A stretch of DNA of 64,000 bases, taken from NCBI GenBank assembly GCA_950097015.1, contig CATNEN010000001.1, positions 14,756,001-14,820,000 of the forward strand, read 5' to 3'. Shown one piece after another: positions 62,380 through 64,000 of this stretch (position 1 is its first letter; each line of letters starts with the position of its first letter). The notes under the pieces were generated by a model. It had not been told where the DNA came from and made no database searches. It saw nothing but the letters and a program-made list of their open reading frames with translations. A program made the position numbers and the translations under genes. This DNA is from Macrostomum hystrix. Lineage: Eukaryota; Animalia; Platyhelminthes.

Positions 62380-63111
62380 CTCACTACAATTCACAATTGT
62401 CCTTTGTCCTATCAATCTGAAATCACAACAATAGCCTAGCCAGCCTCATTGTGTCCAACCCAGACTCACAATAACTGCCGCCATTTAAACTATGAGCTTT
62501 ATAGACTCAAACAGCTTTGAGCCTGAGATGGGAGATGAGAATAGAGGAAGTGGGAGGCTAAGAGGGTGCGCAAACTTGGCCAATGAGTTTGGCACGTATT
62601 GGCACAACCAGTAAGTTTCACACCCACCTCTGTACAGCCTCTCGCATTCGCAATTTTTTCACTTGACTTTTTTAAAGTGTTTTTTACACCAAACCCCAAA
62701 CAATAGAGCACAGCGCTGCTTGATTTGCAGGCTATTTTATTATTCTAATTCAATTAATGCGCCTGCTGGTTGCTGGCATGGGTTTGTTCTAGCTCTAAGC
62801 AAATCAGATTTCTGTAATTTCTGGAGTACATTAGCTGCAATGGATTTAGTATTTGATCCAGCGATTACATATGCCATTCAGTATCTGCGATAGCATCAAT
62901 GTCTGTCTCTTCCCAAAGCCCCTTTCTCGGCTTAATTTGCTATAGGCATTGAACACTAACGGATTTAAAGCCAGTGAGAAGTAACGGAAGTTCAGAAATT
63001 AACAGTAACTGAAGTGCTAAAAGCGAATACTACCGAACATGTTGTAAAAATTAGCATCCAAAGTGCTGCCAGTGAGAAGCAAACGTGAAAAAGTTTTAAT
63101 TGAGAAGTTAT

Positions 63112-63413
63112 AGAAGTAATAATAATAGTAATCATACTTGTAATTGCAGGAGGGCTGCCATCAATGACACATCATTTTGTGACACTAGACCCGCAGCCGG
63201 CGAGGAGGCAATTCAGAACTTTTCACTAACTACTGACTTTCTTATCGTCAGGCAGTGTGCACTTTCACTGTGTTGTGAAGGTTGTCCTTCAAGAGCGTAA
63301 ATTGCACGACAAGCCCCCAAGCCCTCTCTCCGCGGCTGCGCCCCAAATGAATGTGGCCTCGCCGTGGAATCGAGCTCAAAGACATTGGTGCAAGGGGCAG
63401 ACTCGTTAACCGT
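63112..63413 (-). mobile_element. SINE family A copy with internal deletion, inside a GAAGTAACGGAAG-rich repeat region (62970-63660)
   Basis: Shared body and tail. Confidence 0.8.
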
Positions 63414-64000
63414 TAACTTCTTTTACGAGTATATAGAAGATAAAAGCAACGGAAATGAAGACAGTGGAAAGTAACGGAAGTGCTGAATGAAAATGTAGCG
63501 GAAGTAACGAAAGAAACGGAAGTTAAAATTCAAGGAAGTCAAGAAAGCGAATATTTGCCGAATGAAGTCAGCTATAATAACAAAAAAAGTAATAATGTTG
63601 AATTGCTAGTAGTTGATACAAACGAAAGTGAATTTATGGCAGTGAAAAGTAACAGAAGTGTTGTGATATACGGCGGGAAATGTGTTGATTGCTTTTTCAT
63701 CAAAAACCTCCAAAATAGTTCCATTAATTTCTGACAGCAGCTAACGAACTCTTGTTGTTTTATCACAACGATGCGAAAGATAAGTAAAAGCAAATTTAAT
63801 TTGTATTTGCATTTGCATTGTGCGATTACAGCAACTTTGACTTAATTTTCTACAACATCAGAAGCTGAAGAAACAGATTTGTCTTAGACATATTCGCGCC
63901 GCACAGCTCTTGGGTGGTACAACCGATGACACCTACTGGAGCCAGCCAGTAGAGTTGACGCTTGCGCAGTCGAGGCGCTCGTTGAATTAATCGACGACGA

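Overview
Eukaryotic (metazoan) genomic DNA with spliceosomal GT-AG introns. Codon style, poly-Q/poly-A tracts and minisatellite-filled introns suggest a free-living flatworm such as Macrostomum (inference only). Genes reconstructed by hand, left to right: the last two exons of a gene ending in a degenerate NUDT9/NUDT9-H domain (TRPM2-like channel or NUDT9); an intronless FMRFamide/peptide-type class A GPCR; TRAF7 (minus strand, RING zinc ligands swapped His<->Asp); an intronless divergent polo-like kinase; OTUD7/Cezanne deubiquitinase; a small, possibly secreted coiled-coil ORF with a frameshift; a 9-exon secreted protein with seven tandem F-type (fucose) lectin domains plus a C-terminal WSC domain, each lectin domain on its own phase 1-1 exon; a 540-aa orphan with an RFX X-box upstream; and a TRAF4/TRF-1-like gene. 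Roughly a quarter of the window is minisatellite (9- to 43-bp units), which accounts for most long ORFs in the supplied track. Two tRNA-derived SINE families, two MITEs with 8-bp target-site duplications and further transposon remnants are present. No database searches were possible; family calls rest on recalled motifs.
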